Shown: positions 1-10,679 of the stretch, in pieces
Position numbering within the stretch: position 1 is the first letter of the stretch
Layout: each line of letters begins with the position of its first letter
Sequence record: ON529853.1
Direction: 5' to 3' (one strand)
DNA: 64,000 bases
Notes under the pieces: model-generated
The model's input: the letters and a program-made list of their open reading frames with translations, nothing else
Database searches by the model: none
Told to the model about the DNA's origin: nothing
Program-made: the position numbers and the translations under genes

Positions 1-3
1 TAA

Positions 4-1900
4 TCACATCGGCTTCAACTTGATCGCCAGCGGCACGCCGTTGATGTTGAATTTGACGACGTCGACGCGCCCCGCACGCACCAGCTTCTGGATCGTCGCC
101 GCCGAGAAGCTTTTTTCCTTGAAGGCGCCGTCGGCGTCTAGGGGCTGCCCCATCACGTTGTAGAGGCCGAGGCTGTCGCGTTCCATGGAGCGGGAATCGT
201 GGACCGCCATCATGAGTAGGGCGATTTCGGCGGCGGGGGCCACAGAGCCCTTACGCAGGCCGCCCAGGTAGCGGACGACCCGTTCCCGCTGCTGCGCCTG
301 CATCTGCTGTCGAAAGGCGATCTGGGACGCCGTGGGCATCAGACCCCGCCCTTCATCGCGGCGACATCCAGCACGATCAGGACGCCGGTGTGAACCCGCA
401 GGCGATCGGAGTTGATGCCGGAGAGGAAGACGGGGGCCTCGTCGGTGCCGGGGCGGATGACACAGTAAGGCTGCTGCCTCAAGCGCGTGGCGTCGGAGGC
501 GTGCTCGACGATGGTCCAGGCGACCGCTTCGGCGTCCCCGGCGTCGTGACCCAAGCGCGTCAGCCAGCGGGCGCAGTGGGCGTGGAATTGGCGCATCAGC
601 GGTTTGCTCCCAAAAGCCAGAGCGCCAGCGACGCCATATCGTCATCGTCGGGGATCGAGACCACCCCGGCGGCGAGGTCGGGGCGATAGGTCATGCTGTT
701 GATCTGCGGATCGACCAGGCCGGCGAGGGTCCAGGCGAACGGAATCCAGGCGTCGCCCGCCGCCGACTTGAAGGCCATGCGATGCTCAACGCCGGCATTG
801 ACGGTCTTGATCAGGTCCTTACCGTGGACGACATGGCGTCCTTCGCTCAACGGGTGTTTCAGGATGAAGCGCTCCACTTCCTGGAGCAGCATCGGGTCAG
901 CCACGTAAGGTCTCCTAGCCGCCGGCAGTCTTGATCGCTTCAGCGAGGGCGGCGGCCTCGAAGTTCGATAGGTCCGGGCCGAGGCGGTCCTGAATGGAGC
1001 GGAGTCCCTCCAGTGTGTCGGCTTGAAGTTGTTTACGGGCGGCGACTTCAAGAGCGTGGATGCGATCGCGCTCTTCGCGGTCCGTCTTGTCCTGGAGCGC
1101 CTTGGCGCGCGCCCGCTCGGCGCTGTCGATCCGCGCCTGTTTCGCCTCGGCGATGATCTGCACCACCGCTGCGGCGTTCGGCAGGCGCCCGGCCTTCAGG
1201 AATCGGGGGACGAAAGACGCGATCTGCTCGCGGCTTTTCCACCCCGGCCAGCCGCTGTCCTCGCTGTCGGCCCATTGACCGTGATCCTGGTCGGGCGCGA
1301 CGTCCCGGCGCCAGGGCGTCAAGGGCGTCAACTTGCCCATGAGGCCGCCGTAGCGTCCCCAGACCGGGAGGTTGTCGCAGTCGGGGTTCGGCGGCGGCGG
1401 CTCCCAGGCGTGGATGAAGCTGTCGCTGTAGGTGTGCGTGCAGCCGTTCGGCACCAGGGCGGTGAAGACCCAGGGCTTGCCGACGCCGATCGGGTAGAAG
1501 GCGAACCCCACCAGATCGTCGCCGACCGTGATCTCCCACTTGGAGCGCTGCTGCGGCGTCAGTTCCGTCCTAAAGCTGACCCCCAGGTCGGGATCGACCT
1601 GGGTGAACACGACCTCAAGGCCGTCGACCGAATAGGTCTCGACCTTGCGCCGGCGCGGCTTGGCGTCGGCGGTCAATCCAGGTCTTTTTCGTAATCGTAG
1701 GTCGAGGTCGAGTTGCCCTTGGGATCGACCGAGAAGCGCTGCGTGCGGTGTTTGCCCGTCGTGCGGTTGATCGTCTCGATCTCAACGACGGCGTTGTCGC
1801 CGTCCATGTTGTGGCCCAGGTTGGTCAGCACCCAACCGGAGCCGGACGCCCGATTCTTGATCGACTGGATGGCGGTATGTTGGAAGTCGTTCGCGGGCAT
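4..1900 (-). CDS. Five hypothetical phage proteins (4..339, 339..596, 596..904, 915..1676, 1673..1900)
   Basis: Consecutive minus-strand ORFs with 1-4 bp overlaps or short gaps. Starts re-picked at ATG 339 and GTG 904 (after GGAG). No family motif recognised. Confidence 0.7.
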
Positions 1901-1902
1901 GG

Positions 1903-1956
1903 TCAGAAACTCAGGCAGATGATCAGGAGACAGGTCAAAAGGGGCAGGGCGCGCAT
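1903..1956 (-). CDS. 17-aa hydrophobic peptide MRALPLLTCLLIICLSF (below ORF-track cutoff)
   Basis: Hand translation. GGAGGACCCC-ATG RBS. Stop 2 nt before the next ATG (1900). First ORF after a promoter. Confidence 0.55.
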   Translation of the reverse strand: MRALPLLTCLLIICLSF

Positions 1957-1984
1957 GGGGTCCTCCATAAAAGTCGTCGGAAGA

Positions 1985-2013
1985 CCCCTACCGCACTGAG
2001 TGCCGTTCGTCAA
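1985..2013 (-). promoter_or_regulatory. sigma70-type promoter TTGACG-N17-TAGGGG
   Basis: Read on minus strand. Followed by GACGAC and the GGAGGAC RBS. Confidence 0.6.
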
Positions 2014-2022
2014 CACACGACG

Positions 2023-2880
2023 TCAGGCGACGCGCAGGCGCTCCACGAAGGGGGCTTCGAGGGCCATCAGTTCGTCGCGGCGCGCCCGCAGACGCTTGAA
2101 CTTGTCGCGATAGCCGTCCTGCTTGTCGTATTCCTTGGCGAGGCAGGCATGATAGAGGCGGTCGGCGAAATCGAACGACAGCTTGTCCAGGACGACTTGC
2201 AGGCTGTCCTCGGGGATGTCGAGCAGGAAGCGCACCGCACGCACCACCAGGCGGTGGTTCGGTTCCTGGATCAGGTCCAGATACTCGGACGGGGTGGAGA
2301 TGCCCGACAGGTTCAGCGCGGCCTCGATGTCAGCGCGTTCGCCGTTATACTTGGCGTAGTAGCAGAAGATGTGCGGATTGATCAGGCCCTGGTCCTTCAG
2401 GAAGGCGTCGATCTTGCGCTCGTGGGTGCCGGTGATGGTCACGTCGTCGACGAACAGCAGGACCTTATCCTGGATGAAGTCGCGGTTGATGAACAGCTTG
2501 TCAGCTTCCAGCAAGGCCTGACGCTGCTCCTTGGGCAGGAAGGAGTAGTCGGCGATGTAGGACATGGTCCGGTGCATCGTCGTGAACTCGACCATGCGGT
2601 GACCCTCACGGGTCAGCAGGTCGTTAAGCCGGTTCATGAAGTGCTCGGCCAGGATCGAGGCGGCGATCGGCACGACGTTGAACGCCGAAGGCACGACCAC
2701 GCAGCGGTCGGTGATCAGCATCCGCCGATGTTTGGCGTAGAAGGCGTCCGCCATGGCGTGGCCGAACTGGCGCGCCACGAGATCGGAACCGAACTTCAGG
2801 CGCGAGTAGTCCAGCGGGTTGAAGGATGCGGTGTCGAGGCACGAAAACTCGTGGACGACGAACTGGCCTTTGGCGCTCAA
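2023..2880 (-). CDS. Type I phosphoribosyltransferase, ComF-like/Ter-associated type
   Basis: PRPP-binding motif VLLFVDDVTITGTHE. N-terminal YSRLKFG segment resembles the Ter-associated PRTase family as I recall it. Confidence 0.75.
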   Translation of the reverse strand: MSAKGQFVVHEFSCLDTASFNPLDYSRLKFGSDLVARQFGHAMADAFYAKHRRMLITDRCVVVPSAFNVVPIAASILAEHFMNRLNDLLTREGHRMVEFTTMHRTMSYIADYSFLPKEQRQALLEADKLFINRDFIQDKVLLFVDDVTITGTHERKIDAFLKDQGLINPHIFCYYAKYNGERADIEAALNLSGISTPSEYLDLIQEPNHRLVVRAVRFLLDIPEDSLQVVLDKLSFDFADRLYHACLAKEYDKQDGYRDKFKRLRARRDELMALEAPFVERLRVA

Positions 2881-3539
2881 GCGATCAATCCTTTCAGCAG
2901 GGGCGCAAGGCCCTCGGGGTTGGGGGTGTGGGCGAAGCGGATGCCGTGGGCCTCACAACCGCCGTCGCAGATTTCGTTGTCGCCGACGTGAACGATTTCC
3001 GTCGGATAGATGTCGATCGCCGAGGCCTTGGTCTTGACGATGCGCCAGAACTCAGGGTGCGGCTTGGACACCGCGTGGACGTCCGAGAAGACCTTGAAGG
3101 CGAAGGGCACGTCCAGCCGGGCCAGGGCGGCCTCATACAGCACGCGGCCCCGGATGAAGTTGGTGTTGGAGCCGATCGACACCTGCACGCCGGCCGCATG
3201 GACCGCTTGCAGGGCTTCAACCACGTCGGGACGGATCAGGGGCGGATGGGCGCGGAAGGCCTCCTCCAGGCGACGCTGCAAGGCCCAAGGGATGATGTCC
3301 CCGGTCGGGTCGATCGCCAGGGCGAACTTCTTGTAGGTCGCTTCGCTGGTCAACCCCTCGCCGCGTTCCTCGGCGGCGCGATCAGCGCCGTCCTTGTGCT
3401 CGCGATAGACCGCCTTGATCTGAGCCAGATCGAGCGGGAGGTCGCGGAACACCGCGTCGCGGGCGGTCGAATAGGCGGGGTTGGCGCTGATGATCGTGTT
3501 CCACACGTCCAGCGAGATGAGGCGGGGGTTGGCCGTCAT
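2877..3539 (-). CDS. HAD-superfamily hydrolase
   Basis: Motif I ISLDVWNT, motif II GSNT, motif III K in SKPHPEF, motif IV HVGDNEICDG. Start re-picked at MTANPRL. Coupled to the PRTase by a TTGA overlap. Confidence 0.8.
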   Translation of the reverse strand: MTANPRLISLDVWNTIISANPAYSTARDAVFRDLPLDLAQIKAVYREHKDGADRAAEERGEGLTSEATYKKFALAIDPTGDIIPWALQRRLEEAFRAHPPLIRPDVVEALQAVHAAGVQVSIGSNTNFIRGRVLYEAALARLDVPFAFKVFSDVHAVSKPHPEFWRIVKTKASAIDIYPTEIVHVGDNEICDGGCEAHGIRFAHTPNPEGLAPLLKGLIA

Positions 3540-6208
3540 GGGTGCAGGGTCCTTTCGTAGGCTTGTCCAATGCCGCGCATGGCGGCAGTGTCTTCCAGGG
3601 TGGCGACACGCTCGTTCAGGTGGGCGATCATCTCGTAGACGTCGGCCAGGGTGTGCGCGTGCATCGTGGTGGGTTCGTTGGGGCGCCGGCGGAGGTCTCC
3701 CGCCACCCGGCGGGCCTCTTGCGCCATCAGGCGCGGGTGGGCGTGCGGCGTCGGGCAGGGGCGCGGCGGCAGGTTGTGGCGATCGCGCCAACGCCCCAGC
3801 CAGCGCTTCAGCAGCGCCTTCAAGACGGGTTCTCCAGCGCGTAGATCAGATTTTCCAGGGCGCTCTTTCGCGTCTCGGCATAGCCCCGGATGGTCCGCCC
3901 CGGCGCGTCGGTCCGCCAGCGCGGGGAGTACCAGCGCTTGGAGACAATGCGCGATCCCTTCGGCTTGATGTCGAAGCAGACCATGTCCTGGTAGACCCGG
4001 CCGATGACTTCGCCGTCGGGCGAGGCGACCGCGTAAGATTTCAGCACACGCGGTTCGCGGTTCCACTTGCCCCAGACGGCGGTGCGTTCCCGCTCTGGCT
4101 GGCGGACCAGGGTCAGGGTCGTGAGATCAATCAACGTCGTCTCCTTCGGAGCGGGGTGCCATCGCGCGCCGGCATAGCGCCGCGACCGCGCGGCCGTCAT
4201 AGGTGGAACGGTAGCCGTAAACGCCGCGCTCGACGTCGCCGTGGACCAGACCGTGTTCGAGTAGTTCTTCGAAGATGCGCGCCTGACGCTTGTTCTGCGG
4301 CGCCAGGAGGATCGGCTTGTTCATCAGGATGGCGCTGAAGTAGTCCTGGGCGCAGATGTAGGCGGCTTCGTCGGACAGGGCGTTGGCGGTATCGACCAGT
4401 CGGTGCAGTCGAACGTCTTCAGGCGCCATCGGCCAACCCGTCGAAGGTGCAGTCGCTGCATTCGTTTTCAGGCAGCGTGCCGCCGCAGAGTTCGCACTGA
4501 TCAACCGTCGGCTCCGGCGCCTGGGCGGCCTTGATCTCCAGGGCGCGCTTGCGGCTCTTCTTCAGCAGGGTCTGCACCGCCGCCATGAACTCGGCCTCGG
4601 TCGTCGGCATGGGCACCGAGGCGCCCAGGCTGTTGGCCCAGCGGTCGAAATAGCCGTCGCAGATGTCCATGCGGTTGATGTGCGGCAGGACGCGGAAGAA
4701 GCGGCGGTCGTCGGCGCAGTCCTGGATATAGGCGGTGCGGCGCGACGAGGCGTAGAAATAGCGCATCCGACGCCAGTCCTTGGCGTAGCGGCGCGAGCAC
4801 AGGTAGATGCCGGCCTTCTGCGCCCAGTGCCGCGTGGACTTGGGGATCGGGCGGGTCGGGTCTTCTTCAGCGATAATGGTCATGCGGCCTCCGGCGGTTC
4901 GGGGAGAATGAGGTAGGTCACGCCTTCCGGGTTGAACTTGAACAAGTTCCTCATGTCCATGTGTATCTTGAGGGCATCCGCCCTGGCTTTTTCTTCATCG
5001 TCGTAGAGGCGGCCGTTCGTCACAAACCCTCCAAACTCGGTTTCCCAGTAGAAAATCTGATAACCGACACAGTTATCATCCAGCGCCGGGATTAGATCGT
5101 CAGGGTCCTCATCGTCCCACACGGGGACAACGAAGGCGAAATTGTGGAATGTGGGGATCATGTGCGGGCGCGTACCCCCTTGCGCCCACGGATGATGGAG
5201 GTCAGGACGGTGCGGGTCTTCTTCAGCGATCAGGGTCATCGGCCCAACTTCTCCGTCAATCGTTTCAGTTCCGCCTCGTCGATCGCGCGTTGTCGCACTT
5301 CGGCGGCTTCCGCGTCGGCGATCGCCTTGGCGGCGGCCCGCGCGGCGGCCTCGGCGCGATCCGCCATCAGGGTTTTCATGCGGTCGGTATAGGCCAGGAC
5401 GGTCGGCGAAAAGTCACGGATCGTGACGACCTCGCAGATGTCGCCGAAGTTGACCGAGACGTATTCGCCGTATTTGTTCTTGGCGTGCGACGTGTCGTGG
5501 TCGTCGTAATAGGCCGCCATATGCTCATAGAGCCCTTCAAGGGTCCCCGCCGACAGGGTCTCGTGATCATCAACGGTGACCATATAGTTGTCCTGGTCGC
5601 GCTCGTGGGTGATGTTCGAGGCCTGGACCTGGAAGCGCCGTCCGGTGTCGCCCTTCGCGGTGATCGATTCGACCCCATAGGACGAATAGAAGTCGGCGAT
5701 CGCCTGGGTCAGACTGATGCCCGGAACGGGCGGCTCGATGATGATGGTCATTTGACCCTCCCTTCGTCGATGTCGGCCTGGGAGACCCAGAACTGCGGGT
5801 AAGAGAACATGGCGCTGACGTCGCGTCCGAACAGGGCGCCCGGCGGCGGGCCGAGTTCGCGTAGGACCCGCTCGCCGTCAAAATCGATCACGTCATAGAG
5901 TTTGGCGAACGGCAGCGGGCCTTCACGTCCCGTCTGGAGCCCGAAGGTCGCAGGCGGCGTGATGATCTTGCCCAGTTCGCAGACGAGGTTGTCGCCAAAG
6001 GCGACGCGCAGGATACGGCCCTGGTTCATGCGGCGCCCTCCTCAATGAGTTCGACGGACTGGACGTAGTTGTGCCCCTCGATCTCCTTGATGATGTCTTC
6101 GGGCCGCGACCAGTAGGCGTCAGGGTCGGGGTTCAGCAGCACGCGCACCTTCAGTTCGATGATGGTGTCCGTGGGCTGGGGCTTGTAGCGGAACCGGTTG
6201 CCCATCAC
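3536..6208 (-). CDS. Run of small hypothetical proteins (incl. 3820..4200, 4419..4883, 4880..5239, 5236..5751, 5748..6029, 6026..6208)
   Basis: Overlapping start/stop coupling on the minus strand. No families recognised. 4419..4883 and 4880..5239 share an N-terminal tag. Confidence 0.65.
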
Positions 6209-6885
6209 GCGGCTCCAGCGACGACGATACGGTCGAAGCGGGTCACCTCGACCAGGCTCCAGGACGGATCAAGGGCTTGCAGTTCGGCGTGCTCTTGGCG
6301 GGCGACGTCGAGGTCGACGTAGTCTGACCGATTGCCCGACGCGTGCACGACCTCCCAGTAGACCTCCTTCTCGGCGTCCTTGGGATCATGGGCGGTGCCG
6401 CCGTAGGCCAGGCGGTCGTAGACCTCCTTGATCTGGTCCATGTCCTCCAGCTTGGTCTCCATGTAGGCCATGGGGATCATGGCGAACTGGCGCTGATCGA
6501 TCGGCGTCAGGGCGCTCCACAGATAACCCAGGACCGGGAAGGCGTCGGCGACATAGTCCATGATGGCGGTGATGCGCTGCTGCCCGTCCAGGAGCAGGCC
6601 GTCGTAGGGACTGTCGAGGCCGCCCACGCGGTTGACGATGTAGGCGCCCAGAGGCAGGCGCTGCCAGATCGATTCGATGAACCGCACCTTCTGCTCGGTC
6701 GTCCAGACCGGAGGGCGCTGGAAATCGGGCAGGATGAAGTTGCCCAGCTTGCGCTCGCCGGCGCGCAGCGGGCGATCCCACATGGCGTCGGGGCGGTAGA
6801 TGCTCACCAGGGTGCCCGAGGTGTTGCTGGCGCGGAACCACGGGCTTGGCATCTTGCAGCCTTCGGGGATGGCGGTCTTGGGCAT
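6205..6885 (-). CDS. DUF262 (ParB-like/GmrSD N-terminal) domain protein
   Basis: LPDFQRPPVWT, FIESIW..LPLG and LLDGQQR motifs. True start MPKTAIP after GGAGGACCCC. Confidence 0.8.
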   Translation of the reverse strand: MPKTAIPEGCKMPSPWFRASNTSGTLVSIYRPDAMWDRPLRAGERKLGNFILPDFQRPPVWTTEQKVRFIESIWQRLPLGAYIVNRVGGLDSPYDGLLLDGQQRITAIMDYVADAFPVLGYLWSALTPIDQRQFAMIPMAYMETKLEDMDQIKEVYDRLAYGGTAHDPKDAEKEVYWEVVHASGNRSDYVDLDVARQEHAELQALDPSWSLVEVTRFDRIVVAGAA

Positions 6886-6915
6886 GGGGTCCTCCAGGTC
6901 GTCGTTGATTGGGTG

Positions 6916-6942
6916 TGTAAAGGAATGATCTGCGGAGATCAA
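6916..6942 (-). promoter_or_regulatory. Class A phage promoter (TTGATC-N17-TACA, TTCCTT before -10)
   Basis: Minus strand TTGATCTCCGCAGATCATTCCTTTACA. Confidence 0.75.
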
Positions 6943-6944
6943 GC

Positions 6945-9900
6945 CTAGTTCAGCACCTTCTCCACAAAAACTGCGAAGGCTTCATGCGCAGACGCGAAGT
7001 CGCGCGAGGTGAGGTCGTCGGACAGGTCCAGCCCCAGGCGATCGCCTTCCCACAGGATGCGCCAGGTGCCCGGCGTGGCGGTGCGCACGCCCTTCTCGTC
7101 CTCGGTGAACGCGGCGCGCAGCCGGGCGACCCGGCCCGACTTGACCCGATCATAGACGCCGGCGGTGTAATCAATGTCGTAGGCGTCGGCGTCGCGCTTG
7201 CGAATCGAGAGGGAGTCCAGGCGGGTCATGCGCGGCGCGGCCGGGCGGCTGATCTCGCCGTAGGGATTGTCGGTCTCGATGACGCGCACGCCGAAGGATT
7301 CCCAGCGCAGGGTGTGCGGCGCGTGGCGATCCGACGAGGTCAGGGTGATGTGGACCGTCTTGTTCAGTTGCGATCGGTCCGTGTGAGGGTTCGCCATGAT
7401 GTTGATCAGGGCCTGGTCGTCGACCGTCGCCGCCGTGGCGCTGTCATAACGCAGCATGTCCATGGGGAACTCGGCGCTGTAGCGCAGTTCAACCGTAAAG
7501 GTGTGCATGGGGTCCTCCTCTTGCGTCGTCCAGGCGGCTGTAAAGGAACCCAATGCGTCTGTCAACGACGCGGTCATTATTTCCGGCGGCGGAACTCGCG
7601 CACCTGGACAGCCTTGGCCTCGAAATAGACGTCGGGTCCACCGGATTTCAACGGCTTTTCGACGAAGGTGCGGGTCTTGGTGTCCTGCATCAGGCGCAGG
7701 TGCCCGCTGCGGGTCAAGACGTCCAGGTGCCGCTCGGCGGCGCGGTCGCCTTCAAAGCGGTAGCGATCGTCGTAGTAGGTCTCTTCGCCGCCGCGTCGAG
7801 GTCGCGCCACGGGCTTGATGTGGTAGATCGCGGTGACGGCGAAGGTGTCGCCGACGGCAGGAGCGACCTTCTTCAGATAGGCGCGATTGGCGCGGGTCAG
7901 GAGGGTCATGCGCTGCGCCCCTTCATCATAGAGGAGACCCAGCGTTTAAACACCATGAGATCACGATCAAGGCGCGGTTTGCGCCAGGGCGGCAGGGCGA
8001 GCGGCACCACCGAGGTGGGGTAACGCACGCCGGTGTAGAGTTTGTCCACGACTTCCTGCATCAGGCGCTTCATCTCAACATCGGAGATGCGCGAAACTTC
8101 TGCCCATGGAATTTCGCCGTAGGGGGTCACCACCTTGACGTCGCTGTAGTCACCCGTCTTGCTGGAGGGCGTAATGCCGGCGTGTAGGTCTTCCAGGAAA
8201 GTGTTGCGCACGCAGGTGTGCGCCAGGCAGATGGCCTGAAATTGTTCTGGGTTCAGCGTCTCCGGGTCGAGCGGTCTCATGACACCTCCAGGGCTTTGAC
8301 TTTTGTGACGACGCCGGGCGCCAGGACCATCAGGGCCTTGGCGCCGCACGGCAGGATGCCGGCCGGGTCATAGACGAACCGGCCGACGTAGACGCCGGTC
8401 TCGGTCCACAGTTCGATCTCGTGGCCGTACTCGGGGTCGATTGAGGACCGCCCGCGCGAAAGCTTCAGCGGCGGATCGTTCTTCTCGTGCTTGCGATTCG
8501 AATCGATCGTCCCCCGATTGACGTGGATCGTTCGGTCCTGGGGCGAGATCGGCGCGATGGCGCTCATCTTGGACAAGCGGAACTCCTAATACTTGATTTT
8601 CGAGCCGTCGTTGAGGGTGAAGGTGCGCTCGACCTTCGTGCCCAGTTGGACGTCATTGCGGGGACGATAGGGATGCTCGTAGGCGGCGCCGCCCGATTCC
8701 AGCAAGGGCAGTTCCCGCGCCGCGCGTCGCCCGTAGACGGCGGCGCACTTATCGCCGCAGAAATCCGCGTCGATGTAGGACTCTCCGTCCCAGGTCTCGA
8801 ACCACTGGACATACCCCGCGCGTTTGCGATCGGTGTCGCCGTAGTCGTGGATCGCCACCACCCGGCGATTGGTCAGCCGCTGGCAGTCTTCCAGAGTGCG
8901 CGGATGGTTCGGCTCGATCGTGTGCTCGTAGCGATGGTGATCCGTGCTCAACCGCAGGGGTTTGGCGCACTGCCGGCAGGTCTGAACCTCCCCGGTCAGG
9001 TCCGCCTCCCAGTTGATGGTGACTTTGGCGTAGGCCGCCTTGTGCATGGCGCGCGCCTTCATGCGCGTCGGCGGCAGGGGCTTACCACCGCCGTCGAGCA
9101 GCACCGTCAGGTTCTTGCGCCAGGCATGCGTCAACGCCGCGCCGACGCCGACGCCATAGAGCGTGTCGACCTGGGCTTCAGCCGCTTCAAACTTGGCGAT
9201 CGTCGGGCGCTCATAGAACAGCTTCTTCAAGCCATGCCAGGAAGCGTGCTCGTCCCGGTTCCAGTAGTTGCAGCCCAGGCCGTTGAAGACCACCGCCGTG
9301 GGCGAGCGCATCATGATTCGCACGTCCGAACCCGGAAAGATCGAACCCGCCACCTGCGGGTGCGCCTTCTCGATGGGGACGAAGACAATCTCGGGCGTCA
9401 TGCGCAGCGCACCATGCCGTGCGGGGTCTGGCCCCATTCCAGCCAGGCGATGACCACCGCCTCCTGCATGAGGGCGGGGTCGCTGACCTCGACCGAACGC
9501 ACGCCGGCTTCGGTCATGAACAGCTTGGCGGTCGCCGCCCACGGGACCTGCGTCTGGGTGACAGGATTGAAGGCCCGCCCCTTGAAGGTCTGGATGCCGA
9601 CCAGCTTGCGGGTCTTGGCGTCGCGGCGCCGGGCGAGGAAGGCGCGCAGCATCAGGCGGGCCACAGCGAGACCGAGCCCGGATCGCGCCAGGACACTTCA
9701 TAGCCGTGCTGTTGCGCCCAGGCCTCGATCAGCGGGTGGACCCAGGGATCGAACGGGGCGAACTCGCCCTCGAACTGGCCCTGATAGTGGGCGAAACCGC
9801 GACCGTCTTCGGCCGAGACGATAATCTCGCGGACGTCATCCTGGGAGGCGAAGGCCGTCGGATGTAGGTCGCGGGTCTCCCATTCGGCCAGGCCGTCGGC

Positions 9901-10008
9901 CCCGATCACCTCGTTGCCGTCGGCGTTGCGTTTCAACTTGTAGAACGGGTCCACCACCGTCAGCTTTTTGAGCGATTCGACGGCGTCGTCGCGGGTCTTG
10001 AACGGCAT
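6945..10008 (-). CDS. Hypothetical proteins (6945..7508, 7577..7909, 7906..8280, 8277..8576, 8586..9401, 9398..9664, 9652..10008)
   Basis: Coupled ORFs. Starts re-picked downstream of the class A cassettes and RBSs. Confidence 0.65.
7539..7565 (-). promoter_or_regulatory. Class A phage promoter
   Basis: Minus strand TTGACAGACGCATTGGGTTCCTTTACA. Confidence 0.8.
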
Positions 10009-10038
10009 GGGCTTCCTCCTGTTCGTCGTCGACCTGGA

Positions 10039-10065
10039 TGTAAAGGAACTGTCTGCGGGTGTCAA
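10039..10065 (-). promoter_or_regulatory. Class A phage promoter
   Basis: Minus strand TTGACACCCGCAGACAGTTCCTTTACA. Confidence 0.8.
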
Positions 10066-10130
10066 CGGGGTTGTCACTCGTGCGCTTCGCGCCCTCGTGC
10101 CCGGCTCCGCCGGCCCCACCTCCGGTCAGG

Positions 10131-10679
10131 CTAGGCGGCGAAGCGGTCGATCATCCAGTGCAGGTCCTGCGGCTCGAAGGCGTCGAACTCCTCGATCAGG
10201 TCGGCGGTCACGGGAAAGGCGATCACTTCAGCCGAGGCGGGCGGGACGACGCTGCGGCGGCTGTCGGCCACGGCGCCCTTGCCGCGTCCGATACTCTGGC
10301 GTGGCTTCGCACCGCGTTTCGGCTTGTAGGTCGCCTTGCGGCGCAGGGCGTTGCTCTGCTTGGACGTCTCGGCGTCGTCGGCCCGCTTCAGCCCCAGGCG
10401 GTCGAGCCGGCCCAAGACGGCGCTGCGGCTGCGATTGCCCATGAGCAGGCTGATCTCCTGGGCGGTCTTGCCCTCCCGCCAGAGCCGGACCAGATCGTCA
10501 ACCTCGGCCTGGGGCCAGGCGTGGGTCGGCTTTTTCGGCTGCGCGGCCCTGCGGGCCTGGACCTTTGCGATCCGGCGCAGTTCCGCCCGCTCCTGCGGAT
10601 CAGCGGGAACCTCCATGTCGTCCCAGTCACCGGCGCCGCGCCAGTCTCGGCTCGGATCGCCTTCCAGAAGCGTCGTCAC
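10131..10679 (-). CDS. gcrA: GcrA-like transcriptional regulator (GcrA N-terminal HTH)
   Basis: AWPQAEVDDLVRLWREGKTAQEISLLMGNRSRSAVLGRLDRLGL matches the GcrA N-terminal pattern (W...L..LW..G.SA.QIA..LG..TR.AV.G...RLGL). GTG start overlaps the serS stop (GTGA). The C-terminus is shorter and divergent from host GcrA. Confidence 0.75.
   Translation of the reverse strand: MTTLLEGDPSRDWRGAGDWDDMEVPADPQERAELRRIAKVQARRAAQPKKPTHAWPQAEVDDLVRLWREGKTAQEISLLMGNRSRSAVLGRLDRLGLKRADDAETSKQSNALRRKATYKPKRGAKPRQSIGRGKGAVADSRRSVVPPASAEVIAFPVTADLIEEFDAFEPQDLHWMIDRFAA

Noticed and set aside
2023-2880. PRTase as the ADPR-PP synthetase of NARP1
   Set aside because: It lacks the two-domain PRPP-synthetase architecture, is coupled to a HAD rather than to NAMPT, and the NAMPT here already has an NMNAT partner.
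6885-6942. Similar N-terminal extensions SADHSFT in ORF-track proteins 6205..6942 and 21827..22192
   Set aside because: These are translations of the conserved class A promoter DNA, not a protein motif. The true starts follow the GGAGGAC RBS.
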